From an uncultured delta proteobacterium (GTDB lineage: Bacteria; Desulfobacterota; Syntrophorhabdia; Syntrophorhabdales; WCHB1-27): DNA of 64,000 nucleotides. The DNA lies in NCBI GenBank assembly GCA_963810935.1, contig CAWEPK010000008.1, positions 288,001 to 352,000 on the forward strand. The letters run 5' to 3'. Shown here piece after piece: positions 19,173 through 29,378 of this stretch. Made by a program: the position numbers and the translations under genes. The notes under the pieces were generated by a model, which saw only the letters and a program-made list of their open reading frames with translations, searched no databases and was not told the origin of the DNA. Every line of letters begins with the position of its first letter. Positions within the stretch are counted from its first letter, which is position 1.

Positions 19173-19338
19173 TATCCGCCTCTTACCCGGAGTTCCTTTT
19201 TTATCAGAAGCGGAAAAATCAGTCAAGCACTTTTTTACGAACAGAATGAGACTTGAAAGGCAAGTCTGCGACTTTCATAAGGAAATATTTTTTGAGCAGG
19301 CGCGCGCCTAAACGACGCAGCCCCACCCGGCGGCCTTA

Positions 19339-19367
19339 TTGACCGGAAGACCGGTTTCGGCTATAAT
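19339..19367 (+). promoter_or_regulatory. sigma70 promoter of aspS
   Basis: TTGACC-17-TATAAT, followed by SD AGGAGG. Confidence 0.75.
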
Positions 19368-19393
19368 AAAGGGCCTTTAGAGGAGGGCCGACC

Positions 19394-21157
19394 TTGAGAA
19401 ACGTGTATTGCGGCGTGCTCACAGCAGCCGATGCGGGAAAGACTGTCGAGCTTGCGGGATGGGTCTACAGAAGGCGCGACCATGGCGGCCTGATCTTCTT
19501 CGACCTGCGTGACGTGACGGGTATCGTCCAGGTGGTCTTCTCGCCTGCGATAGCACCCTCCGCCCACGCACAAGCACATGAGATCAAACCGGAATACGTC
19601 GTCACCATCAAGGGGACGGTCTCGCCGAGGCCCGAAGGCACGGAGAACCCGAACATCCCCACCGGGCAGATCGAGGTGCTCGTCTCATCCTTCTCAGTCC
19701 TGAACACGTGCAAGCCCCTGCCCTTCCAGCTCGACGAGCCGGCAGGCGACGAGGAAGCGCCGAACGAGTCGCTGAGGCTGAAGTACCGCTACCTGGATAT
19801 GCGCAGGCCGCAGGTGCAGGAGCGTTTTCTTGCGCGCAGCAGGGCCTCCCAGGCGATACGCAACTACCTGACCACAGAGGGGTTTTACGAGATAGAGACG
19901 CCGTTCCTCACCAAAAGCACACCCGAAGGCGCGAGGGACTTCATCGTGCCGTCGAGGCTGAACATAGGGCAGTTCTATGCCCTGCCCCAGTCGCCGCAGC
20001 TCTTCAAACAGATATTGATGGTGGCCGGGTTCGACAAGTACTTTCAGATAGTCCGCTGCTTCCGTGACGAGGACCTGCGGGCGGACAGGCAGCCCGAATT
20101 CACCCAGCTCGACCTGGAGATGAGCTTCGTCGACGTGGACGACGTAATAGCGGTGAGCGAAGGCATAATGGCTGTCCTTTATGAATCCATAAAGAAAACG
20201 CCGCTTTCCGGCCCATTCCAGCGAATGGACTTCAGCGAGGCCATGGAGCGCTACGGGACGGACAAGCCTGATTTGCGGTTCGAGCTTCCCATGGAAGACC
20301 TGACGCCGCACTTTTCGTCCACGCAGTTCGGTGTCTTCAAAAAGACGGTCGACGCCGGCGGGGCCATAAAGGGCATCGCCCTGAAAGGCAGGCAGCTTTC
20401 GCGCAAAGACCTCGATACGGCCGTCGATACGGCCAAGTCCCTCGGGTCCGGCGGCCTCATCTGGATGCGTAAAGACGAAGGCAAGCTCGTCTCGCCCATC
20501 GTAAAATACCTCACCGAAAACGAGACGCAGGCAATAGACGCGGCCTTCGCCCTCGAAAACGGGGACGTTGTCTTCATAATGGCCGACGCACGCGCCAGGG
20601 TCAACGAAATGATGGGGCGGTTCCGCTTGTATCTCGGCGAACGGTACGACCTTATCAGGAAAGACGAGGACCGCTTCCTGTGGGTCGTCGATTTCCCGCT
20701 CTTCGAATACAGCGAGGAGGAAAAGAGGTACGTTGCCCGGCACCACCCGTTCACGTCGCCTAAAGGACGCGTCTCGGATTTCTCCGGCGATTACGACACG
20801 ATGCGGGCAAGGGCCTATGACCTCGTTCTGAACGGAGTAGAGATAGGCGGCGGCAGCATCAGGATACACGAGAAAGACGAGCAGATGGCGATGTTCAGGC
20901 TCCTCAACATCAAAGAAGAGGAGGCGGTCGTGCAGTTCGGTTTCCTCCTCGAGGCCCTCGAAATGGGCGCGCCTCCGCACGGCGGCATAGCCTTCGGCGT
21001 GGACCGCATACTCATGATGCTGCTCCACGTGGAAAGCATAAGAGACGTGATCCCCTTCCCTAAGACGCAGAAAGGCGCCTGTCTGCTGTCGGGTGCGCCC
21101 GCGCCCGTTAAGCCGAGGCAGCTTGCCGAGCTGCGCCTGCGGATCACTAAGGAGTAG
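19394..21157 (+). CDS. aspS: Aspartate-tRNA ligase (probably non-discriminating Asp/Asn type)
   Basis: RRDHGG, STPEGARDF, FRDEDLRADRQPEFTQ, GAPPHGGIAFG. Confidence 0.97.
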   Translation: MRNVYCGVLTAADAGKTVELAGWVYRRRDHGGLIFFDLRDVTGIVQVVFSPAIAPSAHAQAHEIKPEYVVTIKGTVSPRPEGTENPNIPTGQIEVLVSSFSVLNTCKPLPFQLDEPAGDEEAPNESLRLKYRYLDMRRPQVQERFLARSRASQAIRNYLTTEGFYEIETPFLTKSTPEGARDFIVPSRLNIGQFYALPQSPQLFKQILMVAGFDKYFQIVRCFRDEDLRADRQPEFTQLDLEMSFVDVDDVIAVSEGIMAVLYESIKKTPLSGPFQRMDFSEAMERYGTDKPDLRFELPMEDLTPHFSSTQFGVFKKTVDAGGAIKGIALKGRQLSRKDLDTAVDTAKSLGSGGLIWMRKDEGKLVSPIVKYLTENETQAIDAAFALENGDVVFIMADARARVNEMMGRFRLYLGERYDLIRKDEDRFLWVVDFPLFEYSEEEKRYVARHHPFTSPKGRVSDFSGDYDTMRARAYDLVLNGVEIGGGSIRIHEKDEQMAMFRLLNIKEEEAVVQFGFLLEALEMGAPPHGGIAFGVDRILMMLLHVESIRDVIPFPKTQKGACLLSGAPAPVKPRQLAELRLRITKE

Positions 21158-21166
21158 AGACCAGCA

Positions 21167-22981
21167 TTGCCTAACAAAAAGAAGAAAGGCTTCATTTTCA
21201 AAAACATCGTAAAGAGCAGCCAGTTCCCCCTGGTGGATGAAGAGAAACCGGAGCTGTTCAAGGGGGTCTTTCCGTACTCGGAGATGGTGCGGGTCAATTT
21301 CGACCACAAGATAGAGTTGATCGACCCGCCCGAAGAGATCTTTATAACGGACACTACCTTCAGGGACGGCCAGCAATCGAGGCCCCCTTTCACCGTAAAG
21401 CAGATCGAGGACCTCTTTAGCTTCCTCCACAGGCTGTCCGGGCCGAACGGCGTAATACGCCAGTCCGAGTTCTTCCTCTATACGGAAAAGGACAAGGAGG
21501 CGGTGGCCAAATGCCTTGAAAAGGGTTACCGCTACCCGGAGATTACGGGCTGGATTCGCGCCAATATAGACGATTTACAGCTTGTCCGCGATTTCGGCCT
21601 GAAGGAGACGGGCATGCTCACGAGCATATCCGACTACCACATCTTCTACAAGTTCAAGAAGACACGCTCCCAGGTGTTCAACGAATATATAAAGATGGTC
21701 GAGGCGACCCTCGAGGCAGGCATCGTACCCAGGTGCCACTTCGAGGACGTGACAAGGGCCGACATCCACGGCTTCTGCGTCCCCTTCGCACAGGCGCTCA
21801 TGGCGCTCTCCGAAGAGGCGAAGATGCCCGTGAAAATTCGCCTCTGCGACACCCTGGGCGTTGGCGTCACTTACCCCGGCGCAGCCCTGCCCCGCTCCAT
21901 AGGGAAGATCATCAGGGCGATGATCGACGACGCGGGCGTGCCGTCCGAGTACCTGGAGTGGCACGGGCATAACGATTTTTACAGGGGCGTCGTGGGAGCG
22001 GCGAGTGCGTGGCTGTACGGCTGCACCTTCGCGAACGGCACGCTACTGGGCATAGGGGAACGGACAGGCAATACCCCCATCGAGGCACTCCTGATGGAGT
22101 ATATCTCGCTCATCGGGGACGACAACGGGGTGGACACGAGGGCGATTACCGAGGTGCGGAACTACTTCGAGAAAGAGGTGGGAATGCACATCCCGAGGAA
22201 CCAGCCGTTCGTCGGCTCCGATTTCAACGCCACGTCGGCGGGCGTCCATATCGACGGCCTCGCGAAGAACGAGGAGGTCTATACATCCTTCGATACGAAG
22301 AGAATCCTCGACAGGCCGATAGCGGTAAATATAACGGACAAGTCCGGCCTTGCGGGCATAGCCCACTGGATCAACGCCCATTTCGCCCTGACCGGCCAAA
22401 ACGCGATAGAGAAAAGCAACCCGGGCGTGGCGAGGATCAATAAACGCATCCTGAAGACATATGAGGAAGGCAGGGTGACGGCCATTTCCGACGAGGAGAT
22501 GGAGCACATGGTCCGCATATACCTGCCCTCCGTCCTGCCTTCGGAATTCGAGGCGTTAAAGAAGCGCGCCTACGACATGGCCGCCCACCTGATAGAGCGC
22601 TGCATCGAGGAGGGCGATCTGAAGAGCATGGCGCCGGAGCGGCAGGAGCTTGTGCTCAACAAGCTCGTTTCCGATTATCCTTTCATCCAGTTTGGCTACG
22701 TAGTCAATGTCGAGGGTGTGAAAGTCACGAGGAACATCACCCAGGCCGTGGATAAAGCAAAGTACGCCAAGATCGACCTGCACGAGGACTTCTCCGGCAG
22801 GGATTGGTTCATAGAGCCGCTGAAATCGGGTAAGATATGGGTCACGGACCTCTATTCGTCGAGGATCACAGGCGCTCTTTGTATAACCGTCTCCGGCCCC
22901 ATCGCAGACGAGACCGGCGAGATAGTGGGGATCCTGGGCCTGGATATTAAGTTTGAGGACTTGACCAAGGCTGAGGAGTAA
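21167..22981 (+). CDS. Re-citrate synthase-like DRE-TIM metallolyase (LeuA/homocitrate synthase superfamily) with C-terminal Cache/PDC-like domain
   Basis: DTTFRDGQQ, RCHFEDVTRADIHGF, WHGHNDF, GERTGN; tail RDWF..TDLYSSRITGALCITVSGPI..VGILGLDI. Confidence 0.8.
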   Translation: MPNKKKKGFIFKNIVKSSQFPLVDEEKPELFKGVFPYSEMVRVNFDHKIELIDPPEEIFITDTTFRDGQQSRPPFTVKQIEDLFSFLHRLSGPNGVIRQSEFFLYTEKDKEAVAKCLEKGYRYPEITGWIRANIDDLQLVRDFGLKETGMLTSISDYHIFYKFKKTRSQVFNEYIKMVEATLEAGIVPRCHFEDVTRADIHGFCVPFAQALMALSEEAKMPVKIRLCDTLGVGVTYPGAALPRSIGKIIRAMIDDAGVPSEYLEWHGHNDFYRGVVGAASAWLYGCTFANGTLLGIGERTGNTPIEALLMEYISLIGDDNGVDTRAITEVRNYFEKEVGMHIPRNQPFVGSDFNATSAGVHIDGLAKNEEVYTSFDTKRILDRPIAVNITDKSGLAGIAHWINAHFALTGQNAIEKSNPGVARINKRILKTYEEGRVTAISDEEMEHMVRIYLPSVLPSEFEALKKRAYDMAAHLIERCIEEGDLKSMAPERQELVLNKLVSDYPFIQFGYVVNVEGVKVTRNITQAVDKAKYAKIDLHEDFSGRDWFIEPLKSGKIWVTDLYSSRITGALCITVSGPIADETGEIVGILGLDIKFEDLTKAEE

Positions 22982-22993
22982 GGTCAAACATCA

Positions 22994-23028
22994 CCCCTCA
23001 CCCCGCCCTCTCCCCCAGGGGGCGAGGG
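22994..23028. repeat. BoxC-like pyrimidine tail plus hairpin element
   Basis: CCCCTCACCCCGCCCTCTCCCCCAGGGGGCGAGGG. Confidence 0.65.
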
Positions 23029-23085
23029 AATAAAAGAACGGTACGGCAACATTAAAGGCCGGTACTGTGAAGGAATTCATTAATC

Positions 23086-24205
23086 ATGCTTGACGACATA
23101 AAGGCACGAACCGACGTCCTTGTCGAGCGTATGGCGGCGCTCCGAGGTTATCTTTGACGCCCCTTCCCTCAAGACGCGCGTAGCCGAATACGACCAGACC
23201 CTGGCCCAAAAAGATTTCTGGACGGACCAGGAGCGGGCCCAGAAGCTGCTCAAGGAGCGGGCCAGGCTCCAGGACGAGCTTTCCCGTTGGGAGGGGAAGG
23301 AGAAGGAGCTTGAGGAGATCCTTATCCTGAGCGATTTCGCCAAGGAAACTGAGGACCAGGAGGACGTCTCGGAGCTTGAGCGAAGGGTCGAGGCCTTAGA
23401 CGGCGAGCTGAACAGCTACGAGATAGAGCGGATGCTGGCGGGGGAGAACGATAAAGAGAACGCCATCATCTATATAAACGCCGGGGCGGGCGGCACAGAG
23501 GCCCAGGACTGGGCGGAGATGCTCCTGCGGATGTACCTCAAGTGGTCGGAAAAGAAGGGGTTCGAGACCCAGGTGGTCGATCTTTTAGCGGGTGAAGAGG
23601 CGGGGATCAAGAATGTCACGTTCATTGTCACAGGGCCTTACGCTTACGGCTACATGAAGTGCGAGAGCGGCATCCATCGCCTGGTGCGCATCTCCCCTTT
23701 CGACGCGGCCGCCAGGAGGCACACGTCTTTCGCGTCCGTCTACGCTTACCCTGAGCTGCCTGAAGACGTCCCGGTGGAAATCAAGGAAGAAGACCTGAAG
23801 ATCGATACCTTCCGGGCAAGCGGCCCCGGAGGCCAGCACGTCAACAGGACGGATTCGGCTATACGCATCACCCACCTGCCCAGCGGCATCGTCGTCCAGT
23901 GCCAGAACGAGCGTTCCCAGCACAAGAATAAGGCCATCGCCATGTCCATCCTCAAGGCCAGGCTTTACGAGCTTGAGAAGAGGAAGCAGGACGAAAAGAT
24001 GAACCAATTAAACAAAGAGAAAAAGGAGATCGCCTGGGGAAGCCAGATACGCTCCTACACCCTCCACCCGTACAAGCTCATCAAAGACCACAGGACAAAA
24101 CTCGAGACACACAACAATGCCGCGGAAAACGTGCTCGACGGAGACCTCGATCAGTACATCAAAGCGTGCCTTTTGTACTTGACTTTCGAGCAAAAAAGAG
24201 ATTAA
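23086..24205 (+). CDS. prfB: Peptide chain release factor 2 with programmed +1 frameshift at CTT-TGA-C (23152-23158)
   Basis: ATG 23086 frame ends at GAGGT TAT CTT TGA C; the +1 frame contains the SPF and GGQ motifs. Confidence 0.97.
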
Positions 24206-24214
24206 GTATTGGTA

Positions 24215-24452
24215 ATGGAAGAGCTATTTGAAGATAACAAGCTGGGCGAGGCTGGAGGAGAAAATTGACATCCTCCTTAAGACGTATACAGGTGTAAGGG
24301 AGGAAAAAGCGGACCTTGCGGGCAAGGTCGCCTCCCTGGAGACAGAGAACAGGGAGCTAAAGGCACTGGTTGCCAAGATAGAGACTGAAAAAGAAATGGT
24401 CATGCAGAAGGTAAAGGGCATTCTGGACAAGATCCAGAAGATGGAAGCGTAA
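24215..24452 (+). CDS. zapB: ZapB-like coiled-coil cell division protein, apparently broken by an extra G at 24244-24246
   Basis: MEELFEDNKL (frame of ATG 24215) joins ARLEEKIDILL..KVKGILDKIQKMEA after deleting one G; lies upstream of zapA. Confidence 0.7.
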
Positions 24453-24549
24453 GCTGGTGACCGGAATGGGTCTTACCCGCCTGACAAGCTCCGACCGGGC
24501 GTCCGCCAGTCCGGACAGTGACGAGCGGCCCGAAGATGAAAGCGTGACC

Positions 24550-24837
24550 TTGCAGAAGGTAGAAGTAACTATACTGAACCAGGCATTCACGTTCATGTGC
24601 GACGACGAGAAGCGCATCAGGAGGATTGCCGAGCTCGTCGACCGCGAGATCAGTCAGGTAACGAAGGACTTTGGAATAGTTAATACGTTGAACTCCGTGA
24701 TAATGGCCATGATGAAGATGGCCGACGATTACATCGAGATTAAGGACCGGATAGCGAGGGTCGAAGATAAAACCCTAAAACTTTTGAAAAAGGTTGAAAA
24801 CGTCGAGATTCCCTGCGGTGTGCGTGATGAATGGTGA
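24550..24837 (+). CDS. zapA: Cell division protein ZapA
   Basis: KVEVTILNQAF..RIAELVDREI..MAMMKMADDY; zapA-ssrS-rny synteny; start uncertain (24457-24550). Confidence 0.8.
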   Translation: MQKVEVTILNQAFTFMCDDEKRIRRIAELVDREISQVTKDFGIVNTLNSVIMAMMKMADDYIEIKDRIARVEDKTLKLLKKVENVEIPCGVRDEW

Positions 24838-24986
24838 CCTTAGAACCAACACCTCTTTATCGGGGGCTTATACTTGCTGTGGAGCTGCATGCCCGCCTTG
24901 TTGCGGGACGCATGAAGCAGCAGAAGGGTTCCCACTTGAAACGAGAGGTTCGAGCTCTTACCGTTTACACGGCATTCGCGGGGTCT
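24808..24986 (+). ncRNA. ssrS: 6S RNA
   Basis: 5' CCCTGCGGTGTGCGTG pairs with 3' CACGGCATTCGCGGGG, TGAATGGTGA pairs with TTACCGTTTA, GAACC/GGTTC stems flank a central bubble; about 180 nt; directly after zapA. Confidence 0.88.
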
Positions 24987-25128
24987 TTTCATAGGGGTAG
25001 TACCGAGGATACGTGAGATAAACATAAATAATACGCTGATTTTTGGGAGGTTGAGTTTCAAGATCGGCCATTAACGAAAACAATATAATCCTCGTGCTGC
25101 CCCCTAAAGGAAGCTCTAAGGGGGGACC

Positions 25129-26679
25129 TTGAATATAATAGTCACAGTCGTAATCTGTATAGCAGGTATACTTGCAGGTTACATCGCGTCAAAATTGATC
25201 CAAAAAAAGAAGGTCGGCGAATACCAATCGGTAGGCCGGCAAATACTTGAAGAGGCTAAGAAAGAGGCCGATGTCGTCAAGCGGGAAGCCTCCATCCAGG
25301 CAAAGGATATCGTCATACAGGCACGCAACGAACTGGAACAGGAGGTAAAGGCCAAAAAGGGCGACCTGCAGAACGTGGAAAGGCGCCTCTCCCAGAAAGA
25401 ATCAAACATCGACAGGAAGATGGAGACCCTCGACAAGAAGGAAGAGGACCTCGGTAAGAAGGAAAGGCACCTGGTTAACCGCGAGGGGTTCCTGGAGAAC
25501 AGGATCGGCGAGGCCGAGAAGACCATAAAGGAGCAGCGGGACAAATTGGAGCAAATCGCCGGGATGAGCTCCGATGAAGCCAAGAAGGTGCTCATGCAGG
25601 CCATGGAGGACGAGGCGCGCTACGAGGCGACCAAGGTGGCCCGCAGGATAGAAGAAGAGGCGCGCGAGAGGGCGGACAAGAAGGCCAAAGAGATACTGGC
25701 CATCGCCATCCAGCGCTATGCGGGAGAGTACGTGGCCGAGGACGCGGTCTCCGTGGTCGCCCTGCCGAACGAAGAGATGAAGGGACGCATAATAGGCAGG
25801 GAGGGCCGCAACATAAGGGCCCTGGAGGCGGCTACAGGCGTCGATATCATCATCGACGACACGCCGGAGGCCGTAATCCTTTCCTGCTTCAACCCGATCA
25901 GGAGAGAAGTAGCCCGCGTTGCCATAGAGCGGCTCATCTCGGACGGCAGGATACACCCCGCCCGCATCGAGGAAATCGTCACCAAGGTCGCCGAAGAGCT
26001 GGAAGAGAAGCTGAAGACGACGGGCGAGCAGGCGGTATTCGACGCAGGCGTGCACAACGTCCACCCGGAGGTAGTCAAGCTCCTGGGCAGGCTGAAGTTC
26101 AGAAGCAGTTACTCCCAGAACGTCTACCAGCACTCGCTGGAAGTGGCCTTCATCTGCGGCATAATAGCGGCCGAGCTTAAGCTCAACGTGCAGGAAGCCA
26201 AGCGGGCCGGCCTGCTCCATGATATAGGAAAGGCCGTAGACCACGAGATAGAAGGGTCCCATTCGGCCATAGGCGCAGACCTCGCCAGGAAATACGGAGA
26301 GCCCGAGGACATCGTCCACGCCATACTGGCCCACCACGAGGAGACGGAGCCCGCCAACCTGCTGGACATAATCGTGCAGGCGGCTGACGCCCTCTCCGGC
26401 GCAAGGCCGGGGGCCCGCCGCGAGATGCTCGAATCCTACATCAAGCGGCTTGAAGAGTTGGAGCGCATCGCGTCGAGCTTTTCGGGCGTCGAGAAGTCAT
26501 ACGCCATTCAGGCGGGCAGGGAGATCAGGATCGTCGTGAGCAGCGACAAGATGAACGACGACGGCATCTTCCTCCTGTCGAAGGACATAGCAAAGAAGGT
26601 CGAGGCGGAGCTGTCCTATCCCGGTCAGATCAAGGTGGTCGTCATACGGGAGACAAGAGCGGTCGAGTATGCCCGATAA
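25129..26679 (+). CDS. rny: Ribonuclease Y
   Basis: N-terminal TM, coiled coil, KH ([13 protein letters not shown]), HD (LLHDIGK). Confidence 0.97.
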   Translation: MNIIVTVVICIAGILAGYIASKLIQKKKVGEYQSVGRQILEEAKKEADVVKREASIQAKDIVIQARNELEQEVKAKKGDLQNVERRLSQKESNIDRKMETLDKKEEDLGKKERHLVNREGFLENRIGEAEKTIKEQRDKLEQIAGMSSDEAKKVLMQAMEDEARYEATKVARRIEEEARERADKKAKEILAIAIQRYAGEYVAEDAVSVVALPNEEMKGRIIGREGRNIRALEAATGVDIIIDDTPEAVILSCFNPIRREVARVAIERLISDGRIHPARIEEIVTKVAEELEEKLKTTGEQAVFDAGVHNVHPEVVKLLGRLKFRSSYSQNVYQHSLEVAFICGIIAAELKLNVQEAKRAGLLHDIGKAVDHEIEGSHSAIGADLARKYGEPEDIVHAILAHHEETEPANLLDIIVQAADALSGARPGARREMLESYIKRLEELERIASSFSGVEKSYAIQAGREIRIVVSSDKMNDDGIFLLSKDIAKKVEAELSYPGQIKVVVIRETRAVEYAR

Positions 26680-27448
26680 CGTCCTGACCGTTCTCTTCCT
26701 GGGCGACGTCATCGGCAAGCCGGGGCGCTTGGCCGCCGTGCAATTCCTCAAGGATGCCCGCGCGGACTTCAAGATCATAAACGGCGAAAACATGGCCGGC
26801 GGGCTGGGCATCACCCCTGCCCTCGGCATAGAGATGATAGAGTCGGGGGTGGACGCGATAACGACAGGCAACCACGTCTGGAAGAAAAAAGAGGTCATCC
26901 CCTACCTGATGGCCGAGCAGCGCGTTATCAGACCCCTGAATTACCCTCCGGGCGCGCCCGGCTTCGGCACAACGATCGTCCGCAAAGGCGACAAAGCGAT
27001 CCGCCTGGCAAATATCGAGGGCAGGACGTTCATGGGCGCCCTCGACTGCCCTTTCCGCGCTATGGACGACTTCCTGGCCGCCGCAGGCGACGGGCCGCCC
27101 ATTATAGTCGATTTCCATGCCGAGGCGACCTCGGAAAAGGTCGCGATGGGCTGGTATCTAGACGGCAGGGTGGCCTGCCTCGTCGGCACGCACACGCACG
27201 TGCAGACGTCGGACAACGTCGTGCTGCCCCAGGGCACGGGTTACCTGACGGACCTCGGCATGACCGGGCCCTTCAATTCCGTCATAGGCATGGACAAAGG
27301 GGCGGTCATCGAGAGGTTCCTTACGCAGTTGCCGCAGAAATACGAGGTGGCGAAGGGCGAGGTCGAGGTGCAGGGCGCCATGATAACGATCGACGCCGTC
27401 ACGAAGCGCTGCCTGAAGATAGAAAGGATCAGAGAAAGGGTGGAATAA
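26669..27448 (+). CDS. ymdB: YmdB/TIGR00282 metallophosphoesterase
   Basis: [28 protein letters not shown]. Confidence 0.93.
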   Translation: MPDNVLTVLFLGDVIGKPGRLAAVQFLKDARADFKIINGENMAGGLGITPALGIEMIESGVDAITTGNHVWKKKEVIPYLMAEQRVIRPLNYPPGAPGFGTTIVRKGDKAIRLANIEGRTFMGALDCPFRAMDDFLAAAGDGPPIIVDFHAEATSEKVAMGWYLDGRVACLVGTHTHVQTSDNVVLPQGTGYLTDLGMTGPFNSVIGMDKGAVIERFLTQLPQKYEVAKGEVEVQGAMITIDAVTKRCLKIERIRERVE

Positions 27449-27451
27449 GCG

Positions 27452-28696
27452 ATGGACCTTGAGCGCGAGATGGAGATCATCCGGCGCGGCGCGGTTGAGC
27501 TCGTAAGCGTCGAGGAGTTGAAAAAGAAACTGACCCGTGCAAAGGCCGAGAAAAGGCCCCTGCGCGTTAAGCTAGGCATGGACCCGACCGCTCCCGACCT
27601 GCACCTCGGACACACGGTTGTACTCCAGAAATTAAAACAGTTCCAGGAGCTTGGCCACACGGCGATCTTCCTCGTCGGCGACTTCACGGGCATGATCGGC
27701 GACCCGACCGGCAGAATAGAGACGCGGCCAGTCCTCTCGCGCGAGCAGCTCATGGAGAACGCCGAGACGTACAAACGGCAGGTCTTCAAGATCCTCGACC
27801 CCGAAAAAACCGAGATACGCTTCAACAGCGAATGGATGGAGGCGATGAACGCAGCCGACATGATCAGGCTGTGCGCCAAATATACGGTCGCACGCCTGCT
27901 GGAGCGCGACGACTTCAGGAACCGCTACCAGAAAGGCCTGCCCATAAGCGTCCACGAGTTCCTCTACCCCTTCGTCCAGGGGTATGATTCCGTAGCCCTC
28001 AAAGCGGACATCGAGCTCGGCGGCTCCGACCAGATATTCAACCTACTCGTCGGCAGGGAGATCCAGAAAGGCTACGGGCTGGAGCCGCAGGCCGTACTCA
28101 CAGTCCCGCTCCTCGAAGGCACCGACGGCGTCAACAAGATGAGCAAGAGCTACGGCAACTACGTGGGCATAGACGAGCCGCCGGACGTTATTTTCGGCAA
28201 GCTCATGGCCATCTCCGACGAACTCATGTTTCGCTATTACGAGCTTTTGAGCGATATATCCCTGGAAGAGCTGCAAGCCCTGAAGGAAAGCATAAAGAAA
28301 GGGACCGTCCACCCGATGGACGCCAAGATGTGCTTCGCCCGCGAGATGGCCGCCCGCTTCCACAACGCTGACGCCGCAGCGACAGCCGAAGAGGACTGGA
28401 AGAAGGTCCACAGGCAGGGGGAGATACCCGAAAACGTCGAGACTATAACGATCAATATCTCACAACAGACGGCAGCCTCAACAGACGGCGTCTGGCTCCC
28501 CGGCATCCTAAAAGACGCCGGCCTTCTCAGCTCCACGTCCGAAGCCAAGCGCACGATAGGCCAGGGCGGCGTCTACATAGCCGACGGCGGCGACTTCGCC
28601 AAAATCACCAAAGAACACCTACCCGTAGTCACGGGCAAGCCATATACCTTCAAAGTAGGCAAAAAGAAATTCAAGACGGTGGTATTCGAGAGCTGA
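27452..28696 (+). CDS. tyrS: Tyrosine-tRNA ligase
   Basis: [26 protein letters not shown]-terminal S4 domain. Confidence 0.97.
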   Translation: MDLEREMEIIRRGAVELVSVEELKKKLTRAKAEKRPLRVKLGMDPTAPDLHLGHTVVLQKLKQFQELGHTAIFLVGDFTGMIGDPTGRIETRPVLSREQLMENAETYKRQVFKILDPEKTEIRFNSEWMEAMNAADMIRLCAKYTVARLLERDDFRNRYQKGLPISVHEFLYPFVQGYDSVALKADIELGGSDQIFNLLVGREIQKGYGLEPQAVLTVPLLEGTDGVNKMSKSYGNYVGIDEPPDVIFGKLMAISDELMFRYYELLSDISLEELQALKESIKKGTVHPMDAKMCFAREMAARFHNADAAATAEEDWKKVHRQGEIPENVETITINISQQTAASTDGVWLPGILKDAGLLSSTSEAKRTIGQGGVYIADGGDFAKITKEHLPVVTGKPYTFKVGKKKFKTVVFES

Positions 28697-28728
28697 ATCG
28701 AGCCAGCCTCCGGTGCTATTGGCCCATT

Positions 28729-29052
28729 TCAATGAATGCCCAGTTGCACCTTGATCGCTTCCTCAACCTTGCGCATATCTTCTTCCGTCAGGACGCCTGC
28801 CCGCTTGAAAAGCCTTTCCTTGCTGACGGTCGCCAATTGGTCCGCCATCCCCTTGCTTTCTTTGCCTTCGAAGGCTACTGCCGCTTCGCTCGGGTATAGT
28901 CGGTCCACGTTGCTGGTAAGGGGAACGACCTGAACGCGGTTAAGAAACCTGTTCGAGGCATCGTTACTCACGATAACAGCCGGCCTCTTCTTCCTGATCT
29001 CTCCCCCTATCGAGGGTTCAAAATTGACCCACCAAACCTCACCGCGTTTCAT
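28729..29052 (-). CDS. mazF: PemK/MazF family mRNA interferase toxin
   Basis: [40 protein letters not shown]. Confidence 0.95.
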   Translation of the reverse strand: MKRGEVWWVNFEPSIGGEIRKKRPAVIVSNDASNRFLNRVQVVPLTSNVDRLYPSEAAVAFEGKESKGMADQLATVSKERLFKRAGVLTEEDMRKVEEAIKVQLGIH

Positions 29053-29269
29053 GGGCTATATCCTTAAAAGTCGCTTCGGCCCATTCCATGGCCTCTTTCT
29101 CTCTTTTCTTGTCCTTCGCCATGTCGGCATAGGATGACTCCAGGTCCGGGCGGACCACGTGCGGCCGAACCAATTCCTGTATGAACCTGCTTATCTTACG
29201 CGGGCCGATTGTTCTGTTCAGACCCTCGTACACTTCCTCGTCTATGGTTATAGTCAATTTCTTCTGCAC
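29039..29269 (-). CDS. Cognate antitoxin (RHH-type) of the MazF toxin
   Basis: GTG start 29269, [28 protein letters not shown]; overlaps the toxin start. Confidence 0.85.
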   Translation of the reverse strand: MQKKLTITIDEEVYEGLNRTIGPRKISRFIQELVRPHVVRPDLESSYADMAKDKKREKEAMEWAEATFKDIAHETR

Positions 29270-29280
29270 CTCGCACCTCT

Positions 29281-29319
29281 CTATACGTGTACTATACGTG
29301 CAGTGGGGAAAGATGTCAA
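29281..29319 (-). promoter_or_regulatory. TA promoter with tandem operator
   Basis: Minus strand TTGACA-17-TATAGT; 11-nt tandem repeat CTATACGTGTA/CTATACGTGCA covers the -10 box and start site. Confidence 0.75.
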
Positions 29320-29378
29320 CAGCCAATAAGGGGTATGCCTTTATCCAGGGATAACGCAACGGACGTTGCGGGCGATGA

